A stretch of DNA of 20,000 nucleotides from an uncultured virus (IMG/VR IMGVR_UViG_3300033148_002355). Lineage: Duplodnaviria; Heunggongvirae; Uroviricota; Caudoviricetes. Location of the stretch: IMG/VR virus record IMGVR_UViG_3300033148_002355. One strand, 5' to 3'. Positions 16,654 to 20,000 of the stretch are shown piece after piece. Made by a program: the position numbers and the translations under genes. Under the pieces are notes generated by a model. It was not told the origin of the DNA. It saw only the letters and a list, made by a program, of their open reading frames with translations, and made no database searches. Positions within the stretch are counted from its first letter, which is position 1. The number at the start of each line of letters is the position of its first letter.

Positions 16654-16899
16654 TTATCTTTTGGGTATTTTACTTAAATCTACTATATTTCTATACCAAA
16701 CTCCTTCAGGGCATTCGTTGCTATGTTCAGAAGCTTTTGCGGGTAAGTAGCATCCGCATCCTCCATTTTCTTTCCTGCACCATGTTGACTTATTAGATAT
16801 AGGACATAGACTACAAGCTTTTAATCTAGTTTCTTTCATGTCTTTATTCTCCCCGGAAAATAATTTTATAAACGATGTGGTTATGTTGATAACATTCAT
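16654..16899 (-). CDS. Cys-rich small protein
   Basis: RLKACSLCP...C....GGCGCYLPAKA...CP.G.W. Confidence 0.7.
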   Translation of the reverse strand: MNVINITTSFIKLFSGENKDMKETRLKACSLCPISNKSTWCRKENGGCGCYLPAKASEHSNECPEGVWYRNIVDLSKIPKR

Positions 16900-16913
16900 A
16901 AAAGTAAATATAC

Positions 16914-16946
16914 AAAAAAAGCCTAATAACTGAGTTACTAGGCTTT
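16914..16946 (-). terminator. Rho-independent terminator
   Basis: Minus strand GCCTAGTAAC-TCA-GTTATTAGGC-TTTTTTT. Confidence 0.75.
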
Positions 16947-17024
16947 GGTCGGTATCTAATACCTCTCCGTTTATTTCATCGGGATAGCGAAGGTAGTAAT
17001 AATTAGTTGAATAAGTTCATGATG

Positions 17025-17135
17025 TTATTTTTTATTGGTTTGGTTAATAATTAGCCCGTCACAATCTGAGCATTTGTTTTTTTTAATTTCTACATCGTCC
17101 CTATCGTAAATAATACAGGTGCAAATTTCATTCAT
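17025..17135 (-). CDS. Small Cys-containing protein (36 aa)
   Basis: Manual: MNEICTCIIYDRDDVEIKKNKCSDCDGLIINQTNKK (CxC...CxxC). Confidence 0.45.
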   Translation of the reverse strand: MNEICTCIIYDRDDVEIKKNKCSDCDGLIINQTNKK

Positions 17136-17159
17136 TTGTTTATTTTTTATTGGTTAATA

Positions 17160-17618
17160 CTATTCAAAACTCTTTTTCTGGTGCAACATAAATTCCAACT
17201 GCTCATTTGCCTTAATCAAATCCTTTGTTTGTTGGCGGTCTTTCGCTGCTAGATCATACATTTGAATACCCTGCTCAAAAGCTGTTATTAATTTTGCTGC
17301 GTCCCACGGTTTATTCAAAACTTTGAAAACCTTTCCCTCATTTACAGCCTCAATAACTACACTTATGTCTGAATAGCCAGTGAGTAACATTCGTAAAACA
17401 TCAGGATAGTCTTTTGCAGCCTTCTTTAAAAACTCACATCCATTCATTTTAGGCATTCTTTGGTCGGATATTATAATTTTAATATCGTTGTTTTTAAGAA
17501 TCTCAAAGGCTTCTACTGCTGAATCAGTTATAAAAACCTCGTATTCTCTTCTAAAGGTTGCCTTAAAAACGTTTAAGTTTGATGGTTCATCGTCTAAGTA
17601 AAGAATTTTGTTTTTCAT
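17160..17618 (-). CDS. Stand-alone response regulator (receiver domain plus short coiled coil)
   Basis: ILYLDDE, phospho-acceptor ISDQRMP, LLTGY, NKPW. Confidence 0.93.
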   Translation of the reverse strand: MKNKILYLDDEPSNLNVFKATFRREYEVFITDSAVEAFEILKNNDIKIIISDQRMPKMNGCEFLKKAAKDYPDVLRMLLTGYSDISVVIEAVNEGKVFKVLNKPWDAAKLITAFEQGIQMYDLAAKDRQQTKDLIKANEQLEFMLHQKKSFE

Positions 17619-17740
17619 TTTTTATTGTTTTTATTTATTAATGTTTCTAAAAGGCTTTCGACTATGTTTCTTAGTAAATTTATAGTCCAAATAGAGTAAA
17701 TTATTCCTACCCATTGTAAAATTTCGTTTAGTATTTCCAT
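17615..17740 (-). CDS. Small membrane peptide (41 aa)
   Basis: Manual: MEILNEILQWVGIIYSIWTINLLRNIVESLLETLINKNNKK; ATGA overlap with the receiver gene. Confidence 0.5.
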   Translation of the reverse strand: MEILNEILQWVGIIYSIWTINLLRNIVESLLETLINKNNKK

Positions 17741-17744
17741 TTTT

Positions 17745-18149
17745 TTATTTTTTAATGTTTATAGGTTGCCAATCTGTTATCCCGTTGCTATATTCATGCC
17801 CTTTACTATCACGCCAGTAAAAATCATATTCTTTGACAGCTTTTGACGGTAATCGCTCTTGGCATCCATATTTTACACACACAACACTACCATTATAAAT
17901 AGCTAGTACATAATCTGAATATTTTCCCCAGCTATGCTCATGTGTTAATTTAGGTAATTTTTCATCAACACTAGCCCAATCTTTATCTTTTTGATATTTC
18001 ACCATCCAAGTAGTAATGATTACCCATTCACCTCTTGTAAAACCTTTACTAAGACCTTCACCTTCATTGTATTGTGAGGCTTTTTCTGTTTTAAAAAACT
18101 CTTTTGTAAATAGTTTCATTAAAAACTTTCCTGCTCTAAATTTTTTCAT
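17745..18149 (-). CDS. Protein with C-terminal DUF551-like domain
   Basis: WASVDEKLP...SDYVL...ITDWQPI matches the WISV..RLP...VTHWMPL pattern. Confidence 0.65.
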   Translation of the reverse strand: MKKFRAGKFLMKLFTKEFFKTEKASQYNEGEGLSKGFTRGEWVIITTWMVKYQKDKDWASVDEKLPKLTHEHSWGKYSDYVLAIYNGSVVCVKYGCQERLPSKAVKEYDFYWRDSKGHEYSNGITDWQPINIKK

Positions 18150-18157
18150 TGTTTTGT

Positions 18158-18394
18158 TTATTGGTTTAACACTTCTTTTTTATACGCCTCAATTAGTTTA
18201 TCCCCTACATAGTGTTTATTATTTCCTGTAGTGTACCATGTTAGGAAGTTTTCCTGAGCTTGTTGGTAGCCTTTTATAAATGCTTTTCTATAGTTGTCAG
18301 TTGGTTGTTCACTCTGTACCGTACCTATACCTTCCTCGTTACTATAAGGATATTGCTTTTCCGCTAACTTTTCAATTTCTTCCTTTCTCATCAC
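18158..18394 (-). CDS. Hypothetical protein
   Basis: 78 aa; EIEKLAEKQYP...RKAFIKGYQQA. Confidence 0.65.
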   Translation of the reverse strand: MMRKEEIEKLAEKQYPYSNEEGIGTVQSEQPTDNYRKAFIKGYQQAQENFLTWYTTGNNKHYVGDKLIEAYKKEVLNQ

Positions 18395-18625
18395 TTATTG
18401 TTTATTGGTTAATCTATTATCTTGTTTTACTTTGTCTATATTAAGTGCTACAATTTGATAAAGTTTTTTGTATTTTAACGTTTCAAGGTATCTTTTAGCG
18501 TCCTTTTTTCTAAAGAATATTATACCCGTGTGAAACCAGTCGTCACTCTTTACATGTCTCACTTCCCAAAGTATATTACTAGCTATTGTAGCTCCTGAAC
18601 TTTTAATTGTGTAAGCTTTCATCAC
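18395..18625 (-). CDS. Hypothetical protein
   Basis: 76 aa, abuts its neighbours. Confidence 0.65.
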   Translation of the reverse strand: MMKAYTIKSSGATIASNILWEVRHVKSDDWFHTGIIFFRKKDAKRYLETLKYKKLYQIVALNIDKVKQDNRLTNKQ

Positions 18626-18940
18626 TTATTTTTTTTTGGTTAATACTCCTCGTTTGCTCACATCAATATAATCTTTACATTCTGATATGCTACCTTTAAA
18701 AACCTCCTCTTGTTTTTCTTCTTGTAAGAATCTTAAATCAGCATGAGTTATTCTAATAACTCTAAAAATATTATCCTTGTGAAATTCTATTCTATATTCC
18801 ATCACTTTTGGTTTTAACTGAGAAATAGACTCTTTTAGTTTTTTTCCATTTTCTCCTTGTTTTAAATATTCTGTTTCGTCTATGTGGTCGCACTTGTCAA
18901 ACCCTGCATAATAACAATCTTTGCAAACTTGTTTTTTCAT
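18626..18940 (-). CDS. Hypothetical protein
   Basis: 104 aa with N-terminal CxxC...CDH. Confidence 0.65.
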   Translation of the reverse strand: MKKQVCKDCYYAGFDKCDHIDETEYLKQGENGKKLKESISQLKPKVMEYRIEFHKDNIFRVIRITHADLRFLQEEKQEEVFKGSISECKDYIDVSKRGVLTKKK

Positions 18941-19019
18941 AGTTTTTTTTAAATTAATATTTCTCTATTTTCTTAACACGTTATTAATTTTATGTTAACG
19001 TTTTGCGGTTTTCTTAACA

Positions 19020-19065
19020 TAACTAATTTTAAAAGGCATTGAAACGCCCTTTTACTATTGCGTTA
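19020..19065 (+). other. Leading (attI-like) recombination site E1
   Basis: TAAC-TAATT-TTAAAAGGC...GCCCTTTTAC-TATTGC-GTTA; arms identical to A1. Confidence 0.6.
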
Positions 19066-19075
19066 GCTACAACTA

Positions 19076-19861
19076 CTAGACGAATACAACGTTACCTTCT
19101 TTGTGAGAAACAAATCCATCGTCTAACATTTTAAACCATTCTTCTTTTGTTGCTTTGTGTTTGCCAAATGTTGTAGCATTATCTTCACACCAATCACATA
19201 ATTTTTCCAATGTTTCAAATACAGGTGAGCTTGGACTTCCTTCGCTAGTCGTTTCCCATAATTGAAAACCTTCGCCCTTTGGTGGGTCATACTCTTTCCA
19301 ATTTTCGTAATCAGATTTTGCTCTTGGATGTTGCCATTTTTCACCTTCACCATCACAATGAATACATAAGTGAGATTTTCCCTGCCTTTTTAATTTAGCT
19401 TTTATCACAATTGAGCAATTAAGGCTGTCATGTCCCATACCTTTCAAGTTCCATTCGTTAACCTCTTTTGCTGTTGGTTTATATCCGTTATCAAATGGCA
19501 ACCAAGAGTTTCCCCCATCCTCAATTTTTTTCCTTACTATTTCTCTGTGTTCATCTGTTAGCGGTACTCTTGTAAAGTCCCAAAGTCTATCGGATTCTAT
19601 TAATGCATTTACATCTTCCTGTGTCAAATTGTTATTCCACGCAGAAGCATTATATATAAAACCTTCACGGAATGGATTAGGCTTGTAATCTTCCTTTCCC
19701 CATCCATACCATTCATTTTCTAATTCTTTATAATCCTTCGACCATCCAAGACCATCACATTCTACACATTCGTGTCGTTGGTGTGGGTTTATGTATCCAC
19801 TCCATGTTTTGCCAATTTCCCATTTGAAATCTAAAGCAACTCTTTTTAATTCTCTTCCCAT
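19076..19861 (-). CDS. Cassette-borne phage protein with two CxxCxGxG motifs
   Basis: CVECDGLG, CIHCDGEG, GFQLWETTSEGSP.SPVF; flanked by GTTAGCTAC (19062) and GTAGCTAAC (19903). Confidence 0.8.
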   Translation of the reverse strand: MGRELKRVALDFKWEIGKTWSGYINPHQRHECVECDGLGWSKDYKELENEWYGWGKEDYKPNPFREGFIYNASAWNNNLTQEDVNALIESDRLWDFTRVPLTDEHREIVRKKIEDGGNSWLPFDNGYKPTAKEVNEWNLKGMGHDSLNCSIVIKAKLKRQGKSHLCIHCDGEGEKWQHPRAKSDYENWKEYDPPKGEGFQLWETTSEGSPSSPVFETLEKLCDWCEDNATTFGKHKATKEEWFKMLDDGFVSHKEGNVVFV

Positions 19862-19902
19862 TATTATTTTTAATTTAAGTTTGTAATAAATAACCCGTAG
19901 CA

Positions 19903-19964
19903 GTAGCTAACAATACCTATATGTCAGCTTCCTAACGTCAGCCGAACACATAGCCGACCTCGTT
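19903..19964 (+). other. attC-like site E2; another cassette probably follows beyond the window
   Basis: GTAGCTAAC-AATAC-CTATATGT...ACACATAG-CCGACCTC-GTTAGC; closely resembles A3. Confidence 0.78.
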
Positions 19965-20000
19965 AGCAAACATTTATAAAAATGTATTGAAATTCTGTCG

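Noticed and set aside
19123..19356. 77-aa alternative-frame ORF
   Set aside because: It is nested in the well-supported 261-aa gene.

Overview
AT-rich window that looks like a tailed dsDNA phage (or prophage) genome, probably infecting Bacteroidota. This is inferred from the A-rich leaders without Shine-Dalgarno sites and a Bacteroidota-style response regulator. Essentially all real genes are on the minus strand. The left half (1-9.8 kb) is a DNA metabolism and recombination module: C5 cytosine methyltransferase (partial), DEDDh exonuclease, SNF2 helicase, SMC/Rad50-like ATPase, PD-(D/E)XK Cas4-like nuclease, NinB-like protein and an XRE HTH protein. From 9.8 to 14.5 kb there is a string of small early-type ORFs with a recurring CCCCGC intergenic motif. 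A ~1.1 kb non-coding region at 14.5-15.6 kb carries head-to-head CACAGCAAAC repeats. The 15.6-20 kb part holds accessory ORFs, including an HNH-like protein and a stand-alone response regulator. Main finding: three separate integron-like gene-cassette arrays (4179-5240, 11411-12027, 19020-end) are embedded in the phage operons. Each cassette is bounded by GTT.../...AAC complementary core sites and attC-like hairpins with conserved spacing. Each array begins with a distinct attI-like site, and two of these sites are near-identical 15 kb apart. The genes lie antisense to the canonical attC polarity, and there is no integrase in the window. All assignments come from reading motifs by eye; no searches were run.
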